DNA of 64,000 nucleotides from Macrostomum lignano (taxonomy: Eukaryota), in contig NIVC01000760.1 of the NCBI GenBank assembly GCA_002269645.1, positions 1-64,000 on the forward strand, in the 5' to 3' direction. Within the stretch, counting starts at the first letter, position 1, and each line of letters opens with the position of its first letter. Below, one piece after another: positions 39,868-50,356 of this stretch. The notes beneath the pieces are model-generated. The model made no database searches. It was not told the DNA's origin and saw only the letters and a list, made by a program, of their open reading frames with translations. Position numbers and translations under genes: made by a program.

Positions 39868-40465
39868 CCATAGTCTGGATCATGTTGGACTTATGCCGGA
39901 GGAAAAATCCAACATTTTTTGGCACTTATGCCAGACTTACGCCAACCAAAAAAGTCCCTCTGACTTACGCCACCCAAAAAAGGTCCCTCACAATTCTTGT
40001 GAATAGAATAAAATAGAATAGAATAGATGATTTACAATTAATTGGTGATTAATTAACTTCAGAAGTTGCAACTGCTTAAAAATCTCACAAGTTGCAAATT
40101 CTGAATCAAGAATCAAAGTAAGCATCTTAAAGCTAAAAAAACTTTTGCTTTCCTATAATAGATATTCTGCTAGGCCTATCTCATTTATACAAACTGCAAT
40201 ATTTTAATGAACTTTGTTTTAATGCTGCTCTTTAACATCATAATCAATGCAAATGTGTAATGTTCTATAGTGATACATTTGATTGTGAATGATCTCATTT
40301 GTGCCAACATTTATGCCACTTGATTTATGCCATGTACTTACGCCAAGCACTTATGCCAAGGTACATTTTGGCCTATACTTACGCCAAGCACTTACACCAG
40401 CCTCCGATCCCAAACCAGATTTACGCCGGAGATCTCTGGCGTAAATGACATGATCCAGACTGTGG
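39868..40465. mobile_element. Non-autonomous DNA transposon/MITE A (598 bp): 18-bp TIR, 8-bp TSD GTCAAATG
   Basis: Left end CCATAGTCTGGATCATGT; right end reverse-complements to CCACAGTCTGGATCATGT (17/18). GTCAAATG lies at 39860-39867 and 40466-40473. About 12 subterminal ACTTACGCC-type motifs surround an AT-rich core. Confidence 0.85.
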
Positions 40466-40613
40466 GTCAAATGTAAAAGAGCAATCAGCAATGTAGCATA
40501 AAACTAACAATAATAGGGCCTACTTATACTAAGGCCTAATATATTTAGCATTGTCAATACTGGAGATGAGAGAGATTTTGTGATTTTTAGTTCAATAGGA
40601 ATAGAAACAATAT

Positions 40614-41797
40614 TGAGGTGGGGCGGAGAAAGTTTTTAGGGAGATTTGGTAGTTGTTGGGATTGTCCGGTGGTCGCTTGATTTAATGTTGAGTATGAGCG
40701 GCTCAGGCCTTCGAATCGGTGCCATCGTTAATTTGCACAGATTAAATCCGGAAAATTCGTGTGGACAAATCCCAGTTGAAATGTCTCATAGATACTCCAA
40801 CTGCCGGGGTCCTCAATCCCAGGGGGAGGGTAGTTTTAGTTGTAGGCGAGCAGTCTTCGTTGGCACGAGCATTCAGAGTGGGTCCTCAGATACCAAATTT
40901 ATTGTATCTCGTATGTTTGACTTAACTTGTTACTAACAGTGGAGTAGCGCTGCCACCACCATAATTCGCGTATTATGGAACGTTTGGGTCTCAGAGCTTG
41001 CTTCGAGATGAGACTGGGTTGTTTTATGCCCCACGGGCAAATGACTCAAAATAAGCTAGGCTTTGGGTTATTAATGAGAAAATTAATGTTAGATCAACTG
41101 TTTTATTAAGAGTTCAGCGACAGGATACTAAGTTAATAAGTTCAATGGAGAAAATAGCTTGGCGTGTGTGCGAAATCAACTAAGAGTAGCAAATAGTAGA
41201 GGGGACCAAACCCTACTCCGGCAGCTAATTGGCTGGTGCCGCGGTGCACGACTGGATAAAATAAATGACTTAATGCTAGTTGTAAATAAGTTGGGCGGAT
41301 TAAATATTAGTAGTTAAATTGAATGGGGAGAGAGAGAGCGAGGGCGGGCAAAAGAAGGGGGCAAGAAGAAAGAAAAAAAACACAAAAAAACCTTAAAGAA
41401 TTGAAGAAAAAACTAGGCAGCTCCAGGGGCACCATTATATAGAGATTGAAAATGCAAAAGATGGACAAATGGGGTCAAACATTGGTGGCAAAAGGTGGTC
41501 ACGGGGTCCAAGCAACAAACAGACAAAATTAACACAGAAAGATAGGGCGATAAACAAATTTTCCAAAGGAAGGATGCAAAAGACCAGAAAAAGGAGTGGG
41601 AAAACCATCGCAAGAATGGGGAAAACTGACAGAATAAACCAACAACTGGGGCACAGGGTGGACACAGAGGACCAAAAACTGCGGACAGTGGGAATGGGTC
41701 AAAAGGTGGTTTAATAAGTCACGTAAAATAATATTAAATTTAGAAACTAAAATAATAAAGTTCATTGGATTGTTAGTGGCAGCCCCCAACTGCCACA
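40614..41797 (-). repeat. 3' LTR (1184 bp)
   Basis: Direct repeat of 49059-50263; about 96-97% identical by manual comparison. Confidence 0.95.
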
Positions 41798-41845
41798 GTC
41801 TCAGGGGAGCCGTACCTTTTTCAAAATCTTTGGACCTCCCGGTCC

Positions 41846-42493
41846 TCATTGGTAGCATCCTCGATGGGCGACAGCGTGTCCTCTGCGATTGACCGGCCGG
41901 GTGCCACGGGGCGGGCCTCCGTTCGCAGCGGCCAAGTCGGCAGTCGGCAGGGCCGGGGCCGGCTGCGCACTGTTCGAGGCCAAGGTCGATGGGGCTGGGT
42001 GCAACAGCCAGCCCACGAGCTGCACTTGGCCATCGACGTACAGCAGCCGCTCAGAGCGCTTGGCCACGGCCACGTCCCAAAAGATACATAGACGGGGAAT
42101 CCATCCGTCGGCGAGATGGCCTGCCTCCCAATAGGCAATGGCTAGAAAGAGTGCCAGGGCTGGACGCTTGGTTCCTCCGCACTGTAACAAGCAGATCTCA
42201 GCTTGGCGCAGTTGTTCATCAAGCAGATCGTTGGTGTGCTCAGGCCGCATCAGCTTCAGTAAGATGTGCCAGGGTGCATCGAGCTGAATTCGCCCTCGCC
42301 GGGATGCCTGTCTCCGGGCTTCATTGAGTTCTGTTTTTAGCCATTGACGGATGGGAGCTGCGCCAGTCAGAGCGGCTGATAAAGTCCGCAGCTCCTCGGG
42401 TTCTCCTATGCGGAGCCAGGGTGCTCGAGCAGATGGGGTTTTGGGTGCCAGCGTTGGGTGGCTAGCAGCTCCCAGGTTGACATTGTTGTTCAT
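41846..42493 (-). CDS. Additional 215-aa ORF of unknown function between pol and the 3' LTR
   Basis: ATG-initiated, GC-rich and uninterrupted, in the element's sense orientation, preceded by about 1.3 kb of AT-richer noncoding DNA. Protein-like composition with no recognisable motif. Confidence 0.6.
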   Translation of the reverse strand: MNNNVNLGAASHPTLAPKTPSARAPWLRIGEPEELRTLSAALTGAAPIRQWLKTELNEARRQASRRGRIQLDAPWHILLKLMRPEHTNDLLDEQLRQAEICLLQCGGTKRPALALFLAIAYWEAGHLADGWIPRLCIFWDVAVAKRSERLLYVDGQVQLVGWLLHPAPSTLASNSAQPAPALPTADLAAANGGPPRGTRPVNRRGHAVAHRGCYQ

Positions 42494-43836
42494 ATCAATA
42501 GCAGACTTGCAGCTGATAGTCGGCAGATAAATAAGCAGTGGATAATAAGCAAAAGGGATTAATATACAGTGGGGATATTTATGTACAAAGAGTTTGCAAT
42601 TTATAGCGAAACAAATGAAAATAGCTTAGAAATTGTGGCACAAAGGCAGAATCAAAGTTAACCGATTTAGGGCCTGAGAAAATGAAATGCATCCTCAAAT
42701 ACTTTTCAACAGGCCAGGTTTTGGCCAGCAAGGCCAAAAGCTGGGTAATAACAGATTCACCACCCCCCGCTGCGCACTCCAATTGAGGTTACGCAGAGAA
42801 ACTGGGGGGAAGGGGAGGAGTCATAAAAATTGGTAAACCACGAGATAGGGGTGCGGTGCCGCCTTGTCTAAAAAATCTTAGGCTGGGCTTCGGATCGATG
42901 AAAACGAGAAGGCCCCAATTGGGCTCACAAGAACAAAGGTCGCTTGTGAAACTATAGAGTCGCAAACACAAGTTTTAGAATTACACAAATGGCGGCAAAA
43001 GAACAAAATCGAGGTGCCTAACCAACATTTATATAGAAATAGCAGAATAAGAGATAATAACTGAAAAAAAGGCATGCAGGTCTCCATAAGGAGCTATACA
43101 AACAGAGGGGAGAAAAGGCACTGGGAAGATTTTCCCAGGCTTGGCTCGATCGGAACAGAAAATGGGAGCCTTGATTCACCACGGCCTTGAACAAAGAGGG
43201 CCTGATCCGGGTGCAGCAGGACAGAGAGTTAAACCCACTGGTTGAAAAGTACCTTTAGTTTGAAAACTGAGCTGAAAAGGTTTTACAAAGAAATTTAAAA
43301 ATTGTTACGCGATTATGTTACAAAGATGAGCAAAAATTTCAGCACTTTGGGCGTGTGCGAAGAAATTATAGCTAATTTCACAGAACAGCAAGGGGAAATT
43401 CATGCAAAGCTGCGGTATCACAGGTGGATAAATAGAGGCGCATTAGTGCGGGCTTTTACCGGAAAGCCTAAGGCTAAATATGAGGGTGCAGGCTTATCAT
43501 AACGCATCGCATAAGCATGAGCACGTAGAAACATAGCTTATAGCTTTTATCCGGAAAGCTTAAGGAGAGGGGAATGAAACCGCTTTGACAGGAAGCAAAG
43601 GTTACATTAAAGAATCTGCTTTTACCCTCAAGCATAAGGTTTACAGTAGAGAAATTGCTTTTTCCCTCAAGCATAAGGTTTACAGTAGAGAAATTTGAAA
43701 TAACCTTCAGCACATTAGTGGGTGCAGAGAAGGTTTTACAGTGGCAGGGAAAATAATGCATTCGCAAACGTGACTATTGACAGTAGTGCGCAGAATAAAA
43801 TTCGCAGAAAAAGGCGCACACGGAGAAATTTCGCGG

Positions 43837-45201
43837 TTAATTACCTTGAATTTTGACCTCCATTCCAATGTCTGGCAGGTCCGGATCGTCTTCTTCTAGC
43901 ACTTCGGGATGGCGCAGGCTCGACTCAAAGAGCTGGCTGCCTCGCAGATCAGGCTGAGCAGCGGTCTGCGGCTCCGGTGCGGGCTGATTAACTGAATCTG
44001 TTTCGCTTTCCTTGCTGGACTCGTAGGGCAACATTGGCCATTCAGTTTGTTGCGGCGGCTCCTGCGGTTGTTCAGCCATTGTTTGCGGCACTTTGATAAT
44101 ATTGTTCCAGTGTACAAGCACTTCAGTTGGGCATCCTCGTCGTGCTGTGGCAGGTCTGATCCAATAGGCAACTTTGCCAACTTTCTTCACAACTTTATAC
44201 ATGCTCTTATATGGCCAGTGAAACTTGGGCAACTCTCCCAGCTCAAGCTTCGGGTTGGCCAGGCAGACCAGATCTCCGGGCTGCAGTTCCACAGGTTTTG
44301 GCCGGTTCTCATAGTACTCTTCTTGGCGTTGGATTTCTGCTCTCAGTCGCTGTCTCACAATACATTCAGTTTTGGCCAGTCTACGCTGATGTTTGGCAAT
44401 GTACTCCGGGAGGTCAGCTGATATGTCTAGGCGGTCCAGGGTGTTGTCGATAGGATATCGGTAGGGCACTCCATAAACAACATAGTGCGGCGAGAACCCG
44501 GTAGTACAATTGACAGCAGATCTTAGTGCAGTCAAAGTGGCTAGCAGCATCTTGTCCCACTGTTGATGATCTTCTAGGAGACAGGTGAGCACCTTCTTAA
44601 TATTCTTATTACACGATTCAGCTTGTCCGTTTGCCCAGGGCGAGTATGGTGGCGTCGTTGTCTGCCTGATGCCGTAGACTTTGCAGAAGTGTCGGAACTC
44701 ATGCCCTGTAAACTGCTTGCCTTGATCTGAATGAATCCAAGCAGGGATTCTGGTGATTGGAAAGACTTGCTCTTGCAGGAGCGTGATTATTGTTTTGGCG
44801 CGCTGGTTCTTCATGGCGAAGGTGAAGGGGTACTTCGAGGTGGTGTCGACATAGGTGAAGATGTACTTATTGCCTCGATTTGTCGGATCTCCAGTGGGGC
44901 CCAGGATGTCGATCGCGCATCGCCCATAGATTTCGCAGACCAGGAACGATTGTACATGTGCCGGAATTCGTTGCCGTCCTTTGCTTAAAGTGCAGGTCTG
45001 GCAGGAAGCAACGTAGTCAGACACTGCTTTGGCCAAGGCAGGTCGCCAGAATCTTTCGCGCACTTTAGCGATGGTAAGGTCTTGGCCCATGTGTCTGCAG
45101 TAGGGCGAACCATGCAAGTTGGCAAACACGGTGGCATCGAGACTCTTTGGCAGGATGATTTGCGCTTTGTCCTCTTCTCTGATATTGTCGAGATAGTCCA
45201 T
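43837..45201 (-). CDS. pol: pol: integrase domain (HHCC, DDE, GPY/F-like), open but frameshifted from upstream pol
   Basis: LHGSPYCRHMG...SCQTC zinc finger; IDILGP (D), SDQGKQF (D), GQAESCNK (E); GDLVCL...FHWPY. No chromodomain seen. Confidence 0.93.
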   Translation of the reverse strand: MDYLDNIREEDKAQIILPKSLDATVFANLHGSPYCRHMGQDLTIAKVRERFWRPALAKAVSDYVASCQTCTLSKGRQRIPAHVQSFLVCEIYGRCAIDILGPTGDPTNRGNKYIFTYVDTTSKYPFTFAMKNQRAKTIITLLQEQVFPITRIPAWIHSDQGKQFTGHEFRHFCKVYGIRQTTTPPYSPWANGQAESCNKNIKKVLTCLLEDHQQWDKMLLATLTALRSAVNCTTGFSPHYVVYGVPYRYPIDNTLDRLDISADLPEYIAKHQRRLAKTECIVRQRLRAEIQRQEEYYENRPKPVELQPGDLVCLANPKLELGELPKFHWPYKSMYKVVKKVGKVAYWIRPATARRGCPTEVLVHWNNIIKVPQTMAEQPQEPPQQTEWPMLPYESSKESETDSVNQPAPEPQTAAQPDLRGSQLFESSLRHPEVLEEDDPDLPDIGMEVKIQGN

Positions 45202-46089
45202 CGTCTCGGACTTCTAATTGCTCATAAAACGCTAACAGATTTCGCTCGTCTCTTGTCATGTTCAGACGTTGGTTTATTGGCAGTTTCGGTTGTCGGGTTT
45301 CCAATAGATTGATCACCATGGCGATGGAAGAGTCAGCACGCTGATAGGTCTGGAGCTCCTTGCGAGTGACTGGCCTCGGGATATGATCTGTTAGATTCAG
45401 AGTACGGCGTCTGTCTATAGGATTTGCTGGCGCGGCATCGGCTGTGGCGGCATGGTTCGGGGTCGGGAGCTCCCTATGCATGGTTGCTACTTGGACCAGT
45501 GGCCGGGCTGTTGCTGTATTTGAAGGCCGATCCATGTCGGTGGCTTCGGCGTCACTGTTGTTGGAGTTTGAATCGTCAGCAGATAATGATGAGTCAGTGG
45601 AGCTGTCGGCGTCACTGCTGAATCTCACCTTCTTGAACTTAGGGCAGCAAGCGGGTTGGCAGCAGTCATTTCTGGCTGCACTGTGGTCGCTGTCCTCGTC
45701 ACCTTTAGCTAGTAATCGGCGGCTCCTAGTGGGGCAACATGTCGAACTGCTAAAGCTGGTGGGCGACCTCTGAGTCCCGATAACAACTGGCAGTTGGCCT
45801 CGGCTTCGTCGCCGGCAGTTGCAGCTCTGTCAGCGGCTTGCTGTCAGCTGTCGGTGTTGCTGGTGGCGTAGCCTCGCCATTGGACTCATTTGATTTCATC
45901 GGTAGCTTTCGTCGGTGACGGCGGGTCGGTCGCTTCTTGCTCGGTGGAAGACTAGGGTGGTTGCTATCATGGACCTTTGGCGCCGCTGCACCAGTTATCG
46001 CGGCTGGCTGCTTACTTTGGTCCTCGACTGCGGCCTTACGCTGGGCCTCCTCCATGCATTTGGCGTTGTCCTCGGGCTGTCTAGAAAGG

Positions 46090-47587
46090 CCGTCGGCATT
46101 CTGATACTGACTCAATTTTCGGTGCTGGATCTCGAACTCTAATTTGCTCAGGCGTTATAGCCATCTTCCAAAGATTCCTATTTGTTGAGTTTGCCTTAAG
46201 ATCCAGGTTAATGCGGCATGGTCGGTTTGGCAGATGAACTTCTTGGCTAGCAGGTAGAAGCGGAAATGTCGCATTCCGTCTATGACTGCCAATAGTTCCT
46301 GCTTTGTAATTGGATAGCGGGCTTCGGCTGGCTTGAGTCGCCGGGAGAAATAGCCAATTGGGTGCTCGATTCCATCAGCTTGGCTTTGGCTCAGGCAGGC
46401 TCCAATCCTGGTCGCAGAAGCATCCGTGTCCAAGATAAACGTTACTTCAGGATCCTCGCTGAACTGCAGATATGCGAGCACTGATGTCGAAGTCATAGCG
46501 GCCTTGAGCTGGTCAAACGCATCTTGTTGGGCTTTTCCCCATAGACAATTGAAATTCCAAATTTTCTTTTCTTTGATCAAATCATGGAGCGGAGCTGCAA
46601 GTTCTGCGTAGCCGGGTACGAATTTAGCATAATAAGCGCACGCGCAGACAAAGCTTTTGAGTTGGCGGGCTGTTCTTGGTCTTGGCCAAGTTTTGATTGC
46701 TTCAATTTTTGCTAGGTCGGTCTTGATGCCGTCCTTAGTTACTAGGTGTCCCAAATAATTTAGACTTTCCCGAAATAAATGGCACTTCTTGCCTTTGAAC
46801 TTTAAGTTGGCATCTTGCACTCATTTGAAAACCTCTTCCATATGTTGAAGATGGTCGTTGAACTTCTTGGAGTAGACAATGACATCATCTAAATAGGCAA
46901 TTGCACTTTTGTAGGCTATCCCGTTGAGCACAGCATTCATAAGTCTCATGAAGCTGGCTGGAGCTGAGCTGAGTCCCATGGGTATAACATTATAGGCGAA
47001 TTGTCCGCAGTGCAGCGTGGCGAAGGCAGTCAGATCTTGATCTTCTGGACGCAGTGGAATCTGATAGTAGCCACTGTTTAAATCAAATGTACTAAACAGC
47101 TGGCTTCCTTCGAGGCTGGCGAATGCTTCTTGAATGTTAGGAATCGGGTAAGGAAAGTACTCACATTTCTAGTTTAAGCTCCAAAAGTCTTGTACAATCC
47201 TCAGGCTGCCGTCCTTCTTTGGGATGATCACCAGTGGGGTGTTGTAGCTGGAAAAACTTGGTCTGATCACACCTTTGGCAAGAAGATCATCTAGCAGCTG
47301 ATCCACCTTTGGTAACAGATGTGGAAGAATCCTTTGCATTGGCAGGTATACCGGATACTTGTCCTTTAGTACGATGTTATGGGTGACCAGATGAGTTTGG
47401 CCGAGATCATGTGGCCCTTGGGAAAAGATGTTCTTATACTTCTTTAGCAGCTCAATGACTTGAGCGTGCTGGTCACTGGACAGGTCCTCGCCGATATCGA
47501 TCTCCTTGATCCAAGTGTCCGGATCTTCATCTTGGATTTGCTTGACGGAATCTTCTGACTTCAGTAGTGGGACTTTCAGCGGGGACT
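46090..47587 (-). pseudogene. pol: pol: reverse transcriptase + RNase H, with in-frame stops
   Basis: SSYNTPLVIIPKKDGSLRIVQDF, FDLNSGYYQIPL, PMGLSSAPASF, AYLDDVIVYS, YLGHLV, LDTDASATRIGACL, ELLAV, TDHAAL, QNADGLSR. Stops at about 47169, 46821 and 46155. Confidence 0.95.
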
Positions 47588-48988
47588 TTAGTGCTGGCGC
47601 GGCTGCTGGATGGCGCTGCCCCCAATGGCGCGTCCAGCCCTCGTGTTTCCCGAGCTGCCGTTGTGCTGGGACGCGGTGCTGGCCGACCATCGGTGTGGGC
47701 ACTCGACGGCGTGGTGCTCACGGTTGCACCTGTAACACATTGCACTCTGCCGCCGCAACTGATAAGGCGGCTGGCACGAAGTCAACTGTTGCTGCGGCTG
47801 CTGCTGCAGCTGCCGACGTTGACCTCCTGCTGGCGGCGTTCTTGGCGGCGGGTTGCTATTGCGCGGGGTTGCTGAAGTTGATGGAACTGCTGATGCTGCA
47901 CATGGTGTGTGCCGGGTGTCGTAAATTGTGCGCTTCCGTTGGCGCTGCGGCGAGGAGTTGTAGGTACCAAACATCTGGAGCGTTGGCCCCACAAGTCCCG
48001 CGGCTGATGGCAAGCTGGTTTCTATGGCTCCGGGGTGTCGTTGTCGCGCGATCCCCACGAGTAGAACTCTCGCATTTCATTGCTTAGCGTTTCAAGAATT
48101 CGTTGCTGCTCCTGCAGAGTCTCAGTTTGTTGTTCCATCACTTCACACAACCAGTTTTCCTTGGGTCAAGATGACTTGGCGTCGTGTTGCGCCACAGTGG
48201 GTGTCTGACTGTTGTCATTCTCGAGAACTCGTACATGTCTTACTGCTGGCAGCGGTGCTACTCGCTGAGCCAAGCTAGCTGCTGTCTCTAGGCATAGCAC
48301 AGCCCTTCTCGCAGCAGTCAGATTCTGCAGTCTCACCAGGATTAGCTGTTCTCGAGCCGACTGGGCGATTCGCACTCCTACCGTGAACTGGTCCACCAGC
48401 TCAGCTTGCTTTTGCACCAGAGTAAAGTGCAGGAACGCTTTGTCGGCCAGAGCAATTAATCAATCGCCATAGTCATCTACGCTCTCATTCTTGCCTTGCT
48501 GGCAGCTTCGGAATTGCTCGGGATACTCCAGCGTGTCGGCCACGTGCGTGAACTGCTCAGACAACCGCTGTTTGAACTTACTCACCAAACGTTAGGTTGT
48601 CTGGCAGCTCCATCCTGACGACTGCGGGATAGGTTGTGGCGATGTCCAAATTCACAAGGACCTCCGCCTTCTTACGTCTGTTGTCTGTGATCCCATTGAG
48701 CTTGCATCGCTCCTCCAGGGCCTGGATCCAGACATCAAATTCCTGGTTCTGAGTGTACCATTGAATCTTGACCAGTTTTGGCGCTGGAGCTCGATCCTGT
48801 TGCTGGGGCTGCTAGTACACGTGGTGATGGTGTTGTGGCTGGCCTAGGCTGTTCTGCTCCAAGCACCGGCGCACCTCGTCGGTCACCGCGCGAATCATCT
48901 CGTTGTAGGTCGGTCTGGTTGCTGAATTGTCTGAGCCCGCGGCGTTGGCTGTCGCGTCCGCGGCCGTTGAATTAGTTGCTGAAGCCAT
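47588..48988 (-). pseudogene. gag: gag (disrupted by stops and frameshifts), with a C-terminal zinc knuckle
   Basis: ATG at 48988; reads MASATNS...QEFDVWIQALEERCKLNG...QQGKNESVDDYG...CYRCNREHHAVEC. In-frame TAG/TGA stops and frameshifts are present. Confidence 0.8.
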
Positions 48989-49037
48989 AGCATTGTAGTT
49001 TCTAAACGACTCGTCAAATGGATTGTGGTGTTTCGAT

Positions 49038-49057
49038 ATCCCACTTAGCTGACACCA
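49038..49057 (-). promoter_or_regulatory. Primer-binding site, tRNA-Leu-like
   Basis: TGGTGTCAGCTAAGTGGGAT, 1 nt after the 5' LTR. It matches the complement of the animal tRNA-Leu 3' end (TGGTGTCAGAAGTGGGAT) with a 2-nt insertion. Confidence 0.8.
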
Positions 49058-49058
49058 A

Positions 49059-50263
49059 TGAGGTGGGGCGGAGAAAGTTTTTAGGGAGATTTGGTAGTTG
49101 GTAGGATTGTCCGGTGGTCGCTTGATTTAATGTCGAGTATGAGCGGCTCAGGCCTTCGAATCGGCACCATTGTTAATTCGCACAGATTAAATCCGGAAAA
49201 TTCGTGTGGACGAATCCCAGTTAAAATGTCTCGTAGATACTCCGACTGCCGGGGTCCTCAATCCCGGGGGGAGGGTAGTTTTAGTCGTAGGCGAGCAGTC
49301 TTCGTTGGCGCGAGCAGTCTTCGTTGGCGCAAGCATTCAGAGTGGGTCCTCAGATACCAAATTTATTGTATCTCGTATGTTTGACTTAACTTGTTACTAA
49401 CAGTGGAGTAGCGCTGCCACCACCATAATTCGCGTATTATGGAACGTTTGGGTCTCAGAGCTTGCTTCGAGATGAGACTGGGTTGCTTTATGCCCCACGG
49501 GCAAATGACTCAAAATAAGCTAGGCTTTGGGTTATTAATGAGAAAATTAATGTTAGATCAACTGTTTTATTAAGAGTTCAGCGACAGGATACTAAGTTAA
49601 TAAGTTCAACGGAGAAAATAGCTTGGCGTGTGTGCGAAATCAACTAAGAGTAGCAAATAGTAGAGGGGACCAAACTCTACTCCAGCGGATGATTGGCTAG
49701 TACCGCAGTGCACGACTGGATAAAATAAACGACTTAACGCTAGTTGTAAATAAGTTGGGCGGATTAAATATTAGTAGTTAAATTGAATGGGGAGAGAGAG
49801 AGCGAGGGCGGGCAAAAGAAGGGGGCAAGGAGAAAGAAAAGAAAACACAAAAAAAACCTTAAAGAATTAAAGAAAAAATTGGGCAGCTCCAGGGGCACCA
49901 TTATATAGAGATTGAAAATGCAAAAGATGGACAAATGAGGTCAAACATTGGTGGCAAAAGGTGGTCACGGGGTCCAAGCAATGAACAGACAAAATTAACA
50001 TGGAAAGATAGGGCGATAAACAAAGTTTCCAAAGGAGGGACGCAAAAGACCAGAAAAAGGAGTGGGAAAACCATCGCAAGAATGGGGAAAACTGACGGAA
50101 TAAACCAACAACTGGGGCACAGGGTGGACACAGAGGACCAAAAACTGGGGACAGCGGGAATGGGTCAAAAGGTGGTTTAATAAGTCACGTAAAATAATAT
50201 TAAATTTAGAAACTAAAATAATAAAGTTCATTGGATTGTTAGTGGCAGCCCCCAACTGCCACA
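49059..50263 (-). repeat. 5' LTR (1205 bp)
   Basis: Direct repeat of 40614-41797; begins TGTGGCAG and ends CCCCACCTCA on the minus strand; contains a TATATAA candidate TATA box and AATAAA. Confidence 0.95.
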
Positions 50264-50356
50264 ATATGATTATAAAATAGGCTTATAAGAATAACTATAT
50301 TATCTGTAAAATTATCAAGACTATGGCTATGCCTATATTAGAACATTGCTTTGCCA

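Larger units (their letters stand above)
40614..50263 (-). mobile_element. Ty3/Gypsy LTR retrotransposon with intact ends but degenerate (9.65 kb), 4-bp TSD ATAT
   Basis: Two direct repeats of about 1.2 kb with TG..CA termini on the minus strand. ATAT lies at 40610-40613 and 50264-50267. Domain order is gag-RT-RNaseH-integrase (Gypsy order); PBS follows the right-hand LTR. Confidence 0.96.

Noticed and set aside
41846-42493. env gene call for the extra Gypsy ORF
   Set aside because: No signal peptide, furin site or TM anchor, and too short; kept as an unknown ORF.
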